64,000 nucleotides of DNA from Octopus vulgaris (taxonomy: Eukaryota), in the NCBI GenBank assembly GCA_951406725.2, contig OX597821.1:84258001-84322000 (forward strand), in the 5' to 3' direction. The notes below the pieces were generated by a model. That model saw nothing but the letters and a program-made list of their open reading frames with translations, searched no databases and was not told where the DNA came from. This document shows, one piece after another, positions 1 to 12,117 of the stretch; positions within the stretch are counted from its first letter, which is position 1, and the number at the start of each line of letters is the position of its first letter. A program made the position numbers and the translations under genes.

Positions 1-76
1 GGTTGGGCCTCGAAACACCCTTAAAACCAGAAACTTTTTAGCATCCCCTCATATATAAAGTTATTTTTATTATAGG

Positions 77-475
77 CTAGCAGTATCGCCCGGCGTTGCT
101 CGGGTTTGTAAGGGAAATAACTATATAAGCATTTTTAGAGATGTAAAGTATAATAGCCATCTCAATATAGCTAACCACAAAGGGGGGGGGTGTTACTGTA
201 GCCTTTTACGTTCTGAGATTTAATAATACATTTTTAGAGAGTTACTTCCCTTGTATATGCCAAAAATGCATTAAAAAATGGGAAAAATTGATGGTAAATC
301 ATTTTTAAAATCGTAGACTCATCGTAGACGCGCGCTAATACCCAGAAGGGCTCGATATGAATCACGACTATAAGATACCCGCTTTTGGTTAAACTGCACC
401 GCAAAATGTGGGAGTGGTTAGGAATCTAAATCGTAGGAGACAGAAAGCACACAACCTCACTTTTACATATAAAGA
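77..475 (-). mobile_element. Non-autonomous Helitron-like element
   Basis: The minus strand starts A|TC at 475 and ends with a GC hairpin (CCCGAGCAACGCCGGG, 89-104) followed by CTAG (77-80), the Helitron terminal signature. No ORF. Confidence 0.7.
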
Positions 476-522
476 TTAATGTTTTCGTTTCTCAATATCA
501 TCGTTTGATTAACTTATTTAAG

Positions 523-1595
523 ATGGCACAGCGCGGCGAGTTGGCATAATCGTTAGCGCGCGGGGCGAAATGCGTAGCCGTATTTCGTCTGCCGTTACGT
601 TCTGAGTTCAAATTCCGCCGAGGTCGACTTTGCCTTTCATCCTTTCGGGGTCGATTAAATAAGTACCAGTTACGCACTGGGGTCAATATACTCGAGTTAA
701 TCTGTGTGTCTGTCCTTGTTTGTCCCCTCTGTGTTTATCCCCTTGTGGGTAGTAAAGAAATAGGTATTTCGTCTGCCGCTGCGTTTTGTGTTCGAATTCC
801 GCCGCGGTTAACTTTGCCTTTCATAATTTCGGGGTCGATTAGATAAGTACCAGTTTCGCACTGGGGTCGATGTTATCGACTTCTCCTCTCCTCGCAAATT
901 TCAGGCCTTGTTCCTATAATAGGTAGGATATATATCAAAAAAATATATTAGGGCGGCGAGCTGGCAGAATCGTTAGCACACCGGGCGAAATGCTTTACGT
1001 TCTGAGTTCAAATTCTTTCGCGGTCGACTTTGTCTTTCATCCTTTCGGGGTCGATAAATTAAGTACCCCTCCCCAAAATTTCGGATCTTGTGCCTAGAGT
1101 AGAAAAAAATATTGTCGTTTGATTAACTTATTTAAGGAGGCATTATTAAAAAAATGTGTTAGGGCGGCGAGCTGGCAGAATCGTGGGCAAAACGGTTAAC
1201 GGTTTTTCATCTGCGCTATGTTCTGAGTTCAAATTCTACCGGGGTCGACTTGGCCTTTTATCCTTTCTGGGTCGACTAAATAAATGGGGGTCATTGTAAT
1301 CGACTTAATCCCTTCCCCCAAATTTTAGGCCTTGCGCTTCCAGTATAAAGGATTATTAAAAAAATATATTAGAGCGGCGAGCTGGCAGAATCGTTAGCAC
1401 ACCGGGAAAAATGCTTAATAGTATTTCGTCCCTCTTTACGTTCTGAGTTCAAATTCCGCCGAGGTTGATTTTGACTTTTATCTTTTCAGGGTCGATAAAT
1501 CAAGCACCAGTAAAACACTGGGGCAGATGTAAGCGACTAATCTCCTCCCCACAAATTTCAGGCCTTGTGCCTATAGTAGAAAGGATTATTAAAAA
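523..1595 (+). mobile_element. Cluster of about 5 SINE family A copies (tRNA-derived head, Meta-domain-like body)
   Basis: Repeated head GGCGGCGAGCTGGCAGAATCGTTAGC...GAGTTCAAATTCC (pol III A/B-box-like) and body GCCTTTCATCCTTTCGGGGTCGATAAATTAAGTACCAG, which resembles the MetaSINE/Sauria-SINE central domain. Confidence 0.85.
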
Positions 1596-1681
1596 ATATA
1601 TGAAGCCTTTCTTATTAAAAAGAAATGGTTCATATCAGAGTAATTTCGAACTCATTTCGACAAGTCAATAATATATTTGAA

Positions 1682-2065
1682 GGAGGCGCAATGGCCCAGT
1701 GGTTAGGGGCAGCGGACTCGCGGTCGTAGGATCGCGGTTTCGATTCCCAGACCGGGCGTTGTGAGTGTTTATTGAGCGAAAACACCTAAAGCTCCACGAT
1801 GCTCCGGCAGGGGATGGTGGTGATCCCTGCTGTACTCTTTCACCACAACTTTCTCTCACTCTTACTTCCTGTTTCTGTTGTACCTGTATTTCAAAGGGCC
1901 GGCCTTGTCACTCTCTGTGTCACGCTGAATATCCCCGAGAACTACGTTAAGGGTACACGTGTCTGTGGAGTGCTCAGCCACTTACACGTTAATTTCACGA
2001 GCAGGCTGTTCCGTTGGTCGGATCAACCGGAACCCTCATCGTCGTAACCGACGGAGTGCTTCCAC
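1682..2065 (+). mobile_element. Full-length tRNA-derived SINE, family C
   Basis: tRNA-like head with A box (TGGCCCAGTGG) and B box (GTTTCGATTCC), and a 12-bp TSD AATATATTTGAA (1670-1681 / 2066-2077). Near-identical copies at 13192 and 18864. Confidence 0.9.
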
Positions 2066-2480
2066 AATATATTTGAAAGTTTTCAGTGTAAAACATCAAC
2101 ATGCTATGATTTTCTCTTCTTTTATAATTTCAAAATAATACTTCGAGCAACTAGAGCGATTTTATAGAGGTTCCTTCGTTGGCTCGAGTTAATAAAGGGA
2201 TAAAGAACAGCAAACTGAGAGGTCATCAGTTCGTATCCTGTCAGGAGTGAGGTGTTGTGTCTCTGGTCGTGGTACCTTAATACATTTATGGGAGTGAGAT
2301 AGTCATCGAATTACCCGACGTCTGAAAAGAAAAAGGACGCAAAGGATGTCATTTATCATAGATTCAAGTGTCCTCAACCTTTTTTCCCTCTCTGAACCCC
2401 TTGTTCCAGTTTTCCTCGGTTGGACCCTCATAACCATTTGATATTAAAAAAATTCTGTTATATTTCTATAATTAAATATT

Positions 2481-2690
2481 GGTTTCAAATTTTGGCACAA
2501 GGCCAGTGATTTTGGGGAGGGAGATAAGTCGATTACATCGACCCCAGTGTTCAACTGGTACTTATTTTATCCCGAAAGGGATGAAAGGTAAAGTCGACCA
2601 CTGCGGAATTTGAACTCAGAACGTAAAGACGGACGGAATGCCACCAAGCAATTTGCTCGGCGTGCTAACGATTCTGCCAGCTCGCCGCCT
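2481..2690 (-). mobile_element. Full-length SINE family A
   Basis: Reverse complement of family A with a 14-bp TSD TATAATTAAATATT (2467-2480 / 2691-2704). Confidence 0.9.
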
Positions 2691-2865
2691 TATAATTAAA
2701 TATTATTAGGTATTATTAAGTGGTTGCGGCATGTGTGGTGGGGGTAGGATGGGGAGGTGTGATGGTGCTAGAGAACTACGTTAAGGGGGCGCGTGTCTGA
2801 GAGGTACTCAGCCACTACTACGTTAATTTCACGAGCAGGCTGTTCTGTAACAGACGGAGTGTTAG

Positions 2866-3321
2866 TATACGTACGTACATGCGTATGTATGCATGTATGT
2901 ATGTATGTATGTATGTATATGTATGTATGCATGTATGTATGTATGTATGCATGTGTGTATGTATGTGTGTATGTATGTATGTATGTGTGTATGTATGTAT
3001 TATGTATGTATGTATGTATGTATGTATGTATGTATGTATGCATGTATGTATGTATGTATGTATGCATGTATGTATGTGTGTATGTATGTGTGTATGTATG
3101 CATGTATGTATGTATGTATGTATGTATGTATGTATGTACGTATGCGTGTATGTATGTATGTATGTATGTATGTATGTATGTGTGTATGTATGTATTATGT
3201 ATGTATGTATGTATGTATGTACGGATGCGTGTATGTATGTATGTATGTATGTATGTATGTATGTATGTATGTATGTATGTATGCATGTATGTATGTATGT
3301 ATGTATGTATGTATGTATGTA
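2866..3321. repeat. (TATG)n microsatellite
   Basis: About 450 bp of near-pure TATG with interruptions; the source of five spurious ORFs. Confidence 0.95.
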
Positions 3322-3360
3322 CACACATGTGCGAGCAGAAATATTCACATTCACACACAC

Positions 3361-3392
<32 letters not shown>

Positions 3393-4634
3393 GGCGAGAG
3401 AGAGTGTGTGTGTGTGTAGAGTTGGGGAAAGAAGAGGGAGAGAACGAGAGAAATATTAAAACATCTGATCTCAAGTAAGCGTTGAATCAACGATGCCAGT
3501 AGGGCGGCGCCAAAACGGCTGTGCCAAAACATCTCATACTCTATTGTTGTCACATCTGTAATATCTTTCCTTATAGGACTGGCTGATCAAAGTTGTCCTT
3601 GGGTTAAACAACAAAAACTGTGGGATGACCCGGTGCGGGCGTGTAAAGCGGGTAGACATCGTATAGAATATCGATTAATAATTGATCAACGGCGTATTTT
3701 TGTTTTGTTTTGTTTTGTTATTGCATACACACTCAATGAAATGCATAAACGCACAACTACATTAACATGCATACAAACACACAGGTGCACACAACACATT
3801 CAAGCGAAGACAGAAGCGCAAAATCGTATACACATACTATCCACAGAAACACACATAAACACACAGAGAATGTTACGCAAACATACTCATAAACACACAC
3901 ACACACACACACAAATATATCCATGTATATATAACAAAGGAGGGAAAGATGACAATCGTGAGTGTATGTGAGGGTGTTTATGAATGTGTGTGTGAGGGGG
4001 GAGGGAGGGAGGGAGGGAGAGAGAGGAGGGTGGGGGAGATAGAGAGCGGGAGAAAGAGAAAAGACAGAGATGAGGGGCAAGGGAGAGACAGGTGGTGATC
4101 GAACACTGCATGTCTGGTTCACGCTTGAGTGCATTACCGTTGTATTACTGTCGTTCAGATAAGCGTTTACCTGGAATACAGAGTTCGATCATCACCTGGT
4201 CCCCATTACCATATGCTTACCCTTCCATGTGTATGTATGTATGTATGTATGTATGTATGTACGTAGTGGAGTGCGTTCATGTGTGTGTGTGTGCGCGCGT
4301 GTGTGCTCAGGTGTAATAAATATTTATCCCACGCACTGGTGCGGTAAATGGAACTGAGGGTTTAATCTTTTGTGCATCACAGGTATGTCCCTGCCAGAAA
4401 CAATAGTTAAGCTGGTAGTTCAAATACTTAATGTCCTCGACCAATGAGTGTGCGAAGGCCCAGGTGATAGCGCACCGGACAATCGGTTCAGAGATAGTAG
4501 TTCGTATCCTCTCACCGCCTTTGTTGTGTCCTTGCTAACAAACACGACATCACTGTGTGTGTGTGTGTCTGTGTGCGTGTGCATTCTTTTATTTTTGGTT
4601 ATTTGAAGCTTTCCTGTAAAGAAGGAGCTGGTTT

Positions 4635-5345
4635 CAAATTCCGCCGAGGTCGACTTTGCCTTTCATCCTTTCGGGGTCGATAAATTAAGTACCAGTTACG
4701 TACTGGGGTCGATGTAATCGACTTAATCCTTTTGTCTGTCCTTGTTTGTCCCCTCTATGTTTAGCCCCTTGGGGGCAATAAAGAAATAAGAAACGTTAGC
4801 ACGTCGGGCGAAATGCCTAGCGGTATTTCGTCTGTCGTTACGTTGTGAGTTCAAATTCCGCCGAGGTCGACTTTGCCTTTCATCCTTTCGGGGTCGATAA
4901 ATTAAGTACCAGTTACACACTGGGATCGATGTAATCGACTTAATACCTACGTCTGTCCTTGTTTGTCCCCTCTGTGTTTAGCCCCTTGTGGGTAATAAAG
5001 AAATAGGTATTTCGTCTGCCGTTACGTTTCGAGTTCAAATTCCGCCGAGGTCGACTTTGCTTTCATCCTTTCGGGGTCGATAAATTAAGTATCAATTACG
5101 CATTGGGGTCGATGTAATCGACTTAATCCGTTTGTCTGTCCTTGTTTGTCCCCTCTATGTTTAGCCCCTTGTGGGTAGTAAAGAAATAGGTATTTCGTCT
5201 GTCTTTGCGTTCTAAGTTCAAATTCCGTCGAGGTCGACTTTGCCTTTCATCCTTTCGAGGTCGATAAATTAAGTACTAGGGTCGATCTAATGGACTGGCC
5301 CCCTCCCCAAAATGTTGGCCATGTGCCTAGATTAGAAAAGAAAAT
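4635..5345 (+). mobile_element. Head-to-tail array of 4 SINE family A bodies
   Basis: Four repeats of AAATTCCG(C/T)CGAGGTCGACTTTGC...; three carry the tail GTCTGTCCTTGTTTGTCCCCTCT...AAAGAAATA. Confidence 0.85.
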
Positions 5346-5349
5346 ATTC

Positions 5350-5558
5350 AAACGGTCCTAATGGCTTTGGGTAAAAGAAAATACAGGAGGATCAGTTAAT
5401 TATGATTTTGTTCAACATATTTCTCTCTTAGATTCACACACTTACTGCAGCGGTCCTTCGGTTTTCCTGAGCCCTGCAAAAGAACTCAGAAGATTGGGCC
5501 GCCAACCAGGGTTTTCGCGACACCCTTAAAATCAGGAACATTTTAGCACCCTCTCGTA
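5350..5558. mobile_element. Mariner-type MITE (left end damaged)
   Basis: Homologous to 11505-11725; right TIR CAGGAACATTTTAGCACCCTCTCGTA. A further right end lies at 1-54. Confidence 0.7.
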
Positions 5559-5846
5559 TCTGGTGTCATTGCCGTTCAAATGAATTTCTGCAGTTGTATA
5601 TACAATTATTTTATCGCTACAATATTCTGTGTCTAGTAAGAGCATACTTGCTACGGAGCTAGTAGAGATCAAGAAATTTTTTTTCCGCCAAGCAAATAGT
5701 TCAGCCCTCTAGTTCCTGACACTCTGAGGGAGCTGGGCTCGCCATAGGTCATGGCTCTTAGGTGCCCTGCTGTTTTCGAAATGCTTAGCAGGGAATGAAC
5801 CTGGAACCTTCGGGTAATCTTATTTTCTTCAACTGTGGTACATACC

Positions 5847-6075
5847 TATTTCTTTACTACCCAAGGGGCTAAACACAGAGGGGACAAACAAGGACAGACA
5901 TAGGTATTAAGTCGATTACATCGACCCCAGTGCGTAACTGGTACTTAATTTATCGACCCCGAAAGGATGAAAGGCAAAGTCGACCTCGGCGGAATTTGAA
6001 CTCAGAACGTAACGGCAGTCGAAATATTGATAAGCATTTCGCCCGGCGTGCTAACGTTTCTGCCAGCTCGCCGCC
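5847..6075 (-). mobile_element. Full-length SINE family A (tail type 2)
   Basis: CpG-intact copy with an 11-bp TSD TGGTACATACC (5836-5846 / 6076-6086). Confidence 0.9.
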
Positions 6076-6194
6076 TGGTACATACCACTCGGTCACGAAG
6101 GTCACTGAAAGAACGAACTTACACTGTGAATTTATGTAAATCTGGGTTTTCTTCCAATAATTCTCTGTATTGCAGCATTCTATTTCAGCTTCGG

Positions 6195-6360
6195 CTGTCC
6201 TTCTGTCTGCTCACAGCCACATTGGGCTCGTCTCAACTGTCTCTGATAGGTGTTGCATCATTGCTGTTCTTTTGCGACCTTTGATTCCCAGATGGCCCAG
6301 TAGTTGGCTTATGGAAGCTGCGACAAACTCTCGTGTATTGATTCCAGCATAAATCATTTC
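6195..6360 (-). mobile_element. Degenerate C-terminus of a restriction-like-endonuclease LINE (HERO-like)
   Basis: Manual translation EMIYAGINTREFVAASISQLLGHLGIKGRKRTAMMQHLSETVETSPMWL*ADRR resembles the HERO-type ending (E-V-G-x-RGFV..S...LL..LG..GR....LSE.AE.SS.WLW). Confidence 0.55.
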
Positions 6361-6676
6361 GTCAATTATTTTAGAGATAATTCAAAATGGCCGAGAACAA
6401 CAAAATCACCAAATGTAAAATCAAAGAAATATTATATATCTTTAATGATTTTATTTGTTTTTAGTCATTGATGATTTGATCTGTGTGGTCTTCGCCATTC
6501 ATGTCTATAATACAATTACCATAACTAATGAAGATCATTCGAGGAATAGTTGAAACGATCCATCATTCTCTTTTTTCCTCAATCTTCCCAGCGAATTTCC
6601 AAAAAGCGATTACTGTTGTTAATGAATGGTATCAAAAGGCTTTTTTCCTACATCTAATCAAAGCTTGCTTTGACTT

Positions 6677-6678
<2 letters not shown>

Positions 6679-6771
<93 letters not shown>

Positions 6772-6777
6772 ATGTGT

Positions 6778-6818
<41 letters not shown>
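6679..6818. repeat. (CT)n plus (TG)n compound microsatellite
   Basis: Direct inspection. Confidence 0.95.
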
Positions 6819-6820
<2 letters not shown>

Positions 6821-6825
6821 CTCTT

Positions 6826-7900
6826 TATTATTTTGATTTAGAATAAATTTTGACCGGCCATTTGCTTGGCAGCAAGATCGTAAAGGAAATTATCTTGTTT
6901 TGTTCATCATCCTTCAAATCCTAAGAAGGTTTTGCAGGCTTTTGCAGTCCCAGATGTCGTCATCATTTATAGCATATGACTTAAGGATTTGCCTTCTCTC
7001 CCTAAAAAGCCAAGTTCAGCCATACTTTACTCCAGACGAGTTGGTATGTAACCTATTGCTCCAATAATAATAGGTATGAAGCTAAAAGTGTATCTTGAGT
7101 TCTGGGTTTGCAAACCCCTTATCAACGGTTCATAGATAACCTCTTTTTTCTGCATTTTTCTAACCCCTTTAGTGTCCAGAGAGCTATTGATTTCCACAAC
7201 TGAGCGTATCCTTTCCTTGTGGTCCCACACAATAATATCTGGCTGGTTGTATTTTAACTTGGTGACCATTTTAATTTTCAAGTTTCACCAATATTCTTGT
7301 GACACCTCTGTCTTAATATAGTCAACTTTATCTCTCTTTACTCTTTTACTTGTTTCACTCATTTGACTGCGGCCATGCTGGAGCACCGCCTTTAGTCGAG
7401 CAAATCGACCCCGGGACTTATTCGTTGTAAGCCCAGTACTTATTCTATCGGTCCCTTTTGCCAAACCGCTAAGTGACGGGGACGTAAACACACCAGCATC
7501 GGTTGTCAAGCAATGCTAGGGGGACAAACACGAACACACAAACACACACACATATATATATATATATATACGACAGGCTTCTTTCAGTTTCCGTCTACCA
7601 AATCCACTCACAATGCATTGGTCGGCCCGGGGCTATAGAAGAAGATACTTGCCCAAGATGCCACGCAGTGGGACTGAACCAGGAACCATGTGGTTGGTTA
7701 GCAAGCTACTTACCACACAGCCACTCCTGCCCCTATTTGTAGGTGTTTGTTTTTGTTACCTTTTTCCAGACTGCTCTGGCCAGCGCATCATGTGTCATGG
7801 AAAGATATCATTTGGAAGATATGATTCTCTCTCAGTTGGCAATAATGTGGTCGATGTCTCCAGTGCTGGCCTTGCACAGCCTACATTTGTTGTCCAACAC
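6826..7900 (-). mobile_element. 3' fragment of a REL-endonuclease non-LTR retrotransposon (R4/Dong/NeSL-like), interrupted by a SINE
   Basis: About 7735-7900 gives the zinc-knuckle remnant KCRLCKASTGDIDHIIAN*...HDALAR. 7027-7281 gives NQPDIIVWD...VEI...K...Y..L...IPIIIGAIG, a PD-(D/E)xK REL motif. In-frame stops are present. Confidence 0.8.
7333..7732 (-). mobile_element. SINE family B (tRNA head, CORE-like CCTTGGGCAAGT, internal (TA)/(CA) microsatellite)
   Basis: Reverse complement of the intact copy at 58925-59345. Confidence 0.9.
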
Positions 7901-8494
7901 ATCACAAAATATCTACAAAATGAAACTTGGGATTTTGAAAGCTTATGTGGTGTGAGTCAGTATGTATGTGTGTCTACCAATTTTTTTTTCTCACATTAAA
8001 TTCTGATATGATTGTAATCTACACCATCCGAAATGTATCTGTAGAAAATTTTATTAAAAAATACCCATTCTTTCTGAAACTTAGTCGGGTCGAGGAAGCA
8101 CTAGTGTAGGTATACCCAATTCTGCAATTAATTATTTGCAATCCCAAACGTATGGAGCTGTGAAATTTAAAACGTACGGACGACCTTTTGATAAATAATT
8201 TAGATAAAGCCATTATTAAACAAATTTAAGGCGGCGAATTATCAGAAACGTTACTGCGTCGGATAAAATGTTTTTCGATCTGAATCTAAATGACGCTTTA
8301 CCTTTCATCTTTATGTGGTCGATGAAGTAAGTACCAGTTAAGCACTGTATATGGTGATCCAATCGACAATCCCACTCCCCAAAAATTTCATGACAATTGT
8401 AGAAAGGAATATTCAACATGATTTTTAACATCTTTTTAACTGCTTATTAATATTTCGAAAACTTAATATTCCTAAATCCGGGGTACTGGATATA

Positions 8495-9016
8495 AATAGT
8501 TATCGCCAAGTTAACATGGCAGTCCAGAAAAATAGGACGAATGTTACCGTTGATTAGCTCTAAGAAGTCATCGCTTCAAGACAGCTATGTGACAAACAAA
8601 CCTGTGTCCAGTGTAACCTTCGAACAGGGAAGGTCAGCAGCTTCCCCTTGCTGGTTTGACATCTACAGGCTAGTTTCGAAGTATTTGCCCCTTATCTATG
8701 TGGAGTAGTCGAACCCAGCAGGTTTTCAGTGGATGTATTCTTCTGAATATAAATAAATATACCTTCGAACAGACGGTCAGCAGCGACGCCTGCTGGGTTC
8801 GGCTACTCCACATTGATAAGGGGCAAATACCCCGAAACTAGTCTGTGGATGTCAAACCAGCAAGAGGAAGCTGCTGACCTCCCCTATTCGAAGGTTATAA
8901 AGGACACAGGTTTATGTGTCACATAGCTAGCTAGAGGCGATGGCCTCTTGGAGCTAATCAACGGCAGCATTCGTCCTATTTTCCTGGACTGCCATGTTAG
9001 CTTGGCGATAACTATT
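8495..9016. mobile_element. Long foldback element (228-bp inverted arms, 66-bp spacer)
   Basis: 8495-8722 is the reverse complement of 8789-9016 with scattered, mostly transition mismatches. Confidence 0.9.
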
Positions 9017-9405
9017 AATATTAATATTTCATTTCCATTTAAGCCGGCGAGCTGGCAGAATCGTTAGCATGTCAACTGTGACCTTCCTCCTTTCGGGGTC
9101 GGAAAAATAAGTACCAGTTAAGTACTGGGTCGGTGTAATCAACTTACTCCCAAGAAATTGCTGGCCTTGCACCAAAATTTTAAACCGATATTAATTTCTT
9201 TCTTTCTGTCTTTTATCTTTTACTTATTTGAGTCATTGGACTGCGGTCATGCTGGAGCATTACCTTGAAGAGTTTAGTCGAACAAATCGACCCCAACATT
9301 TATTTTTCAATCTGGTTCTTATTTTATCGGTCATTTTACCGAATTGCTAGGTTACGAGGACGTAAAGAAATCATCTCCGATTAAGTGGTGGTGGCGGTGA
9401 TGGAC

Positions 9406-9450
<45 letters not shown>

Positions 9451-10602
9451 ACACGCAGATGTCGTCTACCAAGTTCGCTCAAAAAGTATTGGGCAGCCGG
9501 GGCACTTGGCCCGTGGTGCCGCCCAGTGGGACTGAACCAGAGGCCACGTGACTGCAAAGCGAGTTCCTTAACCACACAGCCAAGCCTGTGCCGACATTTC
9601 AAGACTTGGAAAACATCAAACATTCAAGAATTTGGTCAATGGTTCCAAACTTACAACAGTCACTGGATTATATGCTTAGTATTACGTATGTCTAATCTGT
9701 CCTTCCAATTTTAAGATGGCAAGGTATAATGTGAGAGAGATTATGGTGACTATTTCTAGCAGGTCGAGTCAAGCTACTTCATTGGCTCAGGCGAACATGT
9801 ACTCTGTGTGTGTGTGTGAGTGTGTGTGTTTGTGTATGTGTGTGAGTATGTGTGTTTGTGTGTGTGAGAGAGTATGTGTGTGTCGTTTGTGTGTGTGTGA
9901 GAGAGGGTATGTGTGTGCATGTGTATGTGTGTATGAGTATGTGTATATGTGTGTTTGTGAGTATGAGTACGTGTGTGTGTGTGTGTGTGTGTAAGTTTGC
10001 GTGTGAATGTGTTTCAAGCATGTGCGTTGTGTGTTGTGTGTATGTTTTGTGTGTTTTGTATATGTGTATTTTCTGTATCCTTTGTGCGTGTGTTTTGTGC
10101 ACGCGTATATGTGTGTGTATCTTGTGTATGCTTTGTGCGTGTGTGTGTGTTTCGTGAGCGCATGCAAACGTGTGGTGTGTGCGCATGTGTTATGTATATG
10201 TGCGTGTGTGTTGCTTCGTGTATGTGTTTTGTGTATGCGTGTATGTTTTCTGTATATTTTGAGTGTGTATATATATTTTGTGTGTGTTATGCTGTGTGTT
10301 ACGTGCGTGCGTTTGTGCGTGCATATGTGCGTGCGTGTGTGCGTATGTGTGTGTGTGTTCGTTAGGTCAGTGATGGATGGATTCCATTAAGGAGAAGTCT
10401 TCACCTGACCCCTGGCTACAAATATGACCTTTAGATACAAGGCGACAGTTTAGTTCATTCATAGTTAACGACTTGAGACTGGTTCCAAATCAACCGAGTC
10501 AAAGAATCTGTCAGACCAAAGCAGGAACAATGGCAAATCGGTGTGTGTATGCATGTGTATGTGTCGACCTTGCATGAACGGATGCGATGTGTCCACGTGT
10601 AC

Positions 10603-11137
10603 TCTGTGTGTGTGTGTGTGCGACTGTGTGTGTGTGTGCGACTGTGTGTGTGTGCGACTGTATGTGTGTGTGCGACTGTATGTGTGTGTGTGCGACTGTA
10701 TGTGTGCGTGCGACTGTATGTGTGTGTGCGACTGTGTGTGTGTGTGCGACTGTATGTGTGTGTGCGACTGTATGTGTGTGTGCGACTGTGTGTGTGTGTG
10801 CGACTGTGTGTGTGTGTGCGACTGTATGTGTGTGTGCGACTGTATGTGTGTGTGCGACTGTATGTGTGTGTGCGACTGTATGTGTGTGTGCGACTGTGTG
10901 TGTGTGTGCGACTGTATGTGTGTGTGCGACTGTATGTGTGTGTGTGTGCGACTGTGTGTGTGTGTGTGTGTGCTGACTGTGTGTGTGTGCGACTGTATGT
11001 GTGTGTGCGACTGTGTGTGTGTGTGCGACTGTATGTGTGTGTGCGACTGTGTGTGTGCGACTGTGTGTGTGTGTGCGACTGTGTGTGTGTGTGCGACTGT
11101 ATGTGTGTGTGCGACTGTATGTGTGTGTGCGACTGTG
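10603..11137. repeat. About 18-bp minisatellite (TGCGACTGTATGTGTGTG)n within (TG)-rich DNA
   Basis: Roughly 30 recurrences of GCGACT separated by variable TG runs. Confidence 0.9.
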
Positions 11138-11416
11138 TGCGTGTGTGTGCATATGTGTGTGCGTGTGTATATAAGCTTTTGCGTTGTGTCCGTGAGTACT
11201 GTGTATGCGCGTGTGTATGTGTATTTGTGTGTATGTGCATGTGCATATGTATGTGTGTGCACGCACAAACAAATGCGTTGCTTTATGTGTGTGTGAGTAT
11301 ATGTGAGTGCGTGTGTATCGTTGCATGTATGGGTGTATAAGTGTACATTTGTATGTATACATTTATGTAAGTATGCCTTTCCCTATGCTTATGTGTACAC
11401 GTGTATATGTGCATGA

Positions 11417-11495
<79 letters not shown>

Positions 11496-11504
11496 GAGCA
11501 TATG

Positions 11505-11725
11505 TACGAGTGGGTGCTGAAGAGATCCTGGTTTCGGGTAACAGAATATACAGGAGGATCAGCTAATTATGATTTTATTCAACCTATTATCCTCTCAGTT
11601 TCACGCACTTATTGCAACGGTCCTTCAGTTTTTCTGAGCCCTGTAAAAGATCTCAGAAGGCTGAACTTCCAGCCAGGCCTTTCGCGATACCTTTAAAGCC
11701 AGGAACCTTTCAGCATCCCCTAGTA
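11505..11725. mobile_element. Mariner-type MITE
   Basis: Imperfect TIRs TACGAGTGGGTGCTGAAGAGATCCTGG / CCAGGAACCTTTCAGCATCCCCTAGTA with TA ends; no ORF. Confidence 0.8.
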
Positions 11726-11896
11726 AGTATATCTGTGCATCAATGAGCGTATGGGTGTACAGTTGTATGTACACATATGCGTGAGTATGCATTTTCGTAT
11801 TCGTATATGTATATATGCGTATATGCATACATGTATGTATGTGTGTGAGTTATGTATGCAAGCATGTATGAATATATAAATGTACATGTATGTACA

Positions 11897-12086
11897 TACT
11901 CTTTTACTTGTTTCAGTCATTTGACTGCGGCCATGCTGGAGCACCGCCTTTAGTCGAGAAAATCGACCCCAGGATTTATTCATTGTAAGCCTAGTACTTA
12001 TTCTATCGGACGTAAACACACCAGCATCGGTTGTCAAGCGATGTTGGGAGGGACAAACACAGACACACAAATATATAAACACACAT

Positions 12087-12117
<31 letters not shown>

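Noticed and set aside
1682-1760. tRNA-like cloverleaf
   Set aside because: It is a SINE head that continues into a 300-bp body with TSDs; no intact acceptor stem or oligo-T terminator.
2768-3553. Long ORFs (up to 261 aa) rich in HTYI/CMYV
   Set aside because: These are translations of the (TATG)n microsatellite and are open in most frames.
10603-11137. Regularly spaced repeats as a CRISPR-like array
   Set aside because: The spacers are only TG runs, the context is eukaryotic and there are no cas genes.
10455-11362. Cys- or His-rich ORFs of 250-283 aa resembling metallothionein or repeats
   Set aside because: Minisatellite artefact, open on both strands, with no splice or compositional support.
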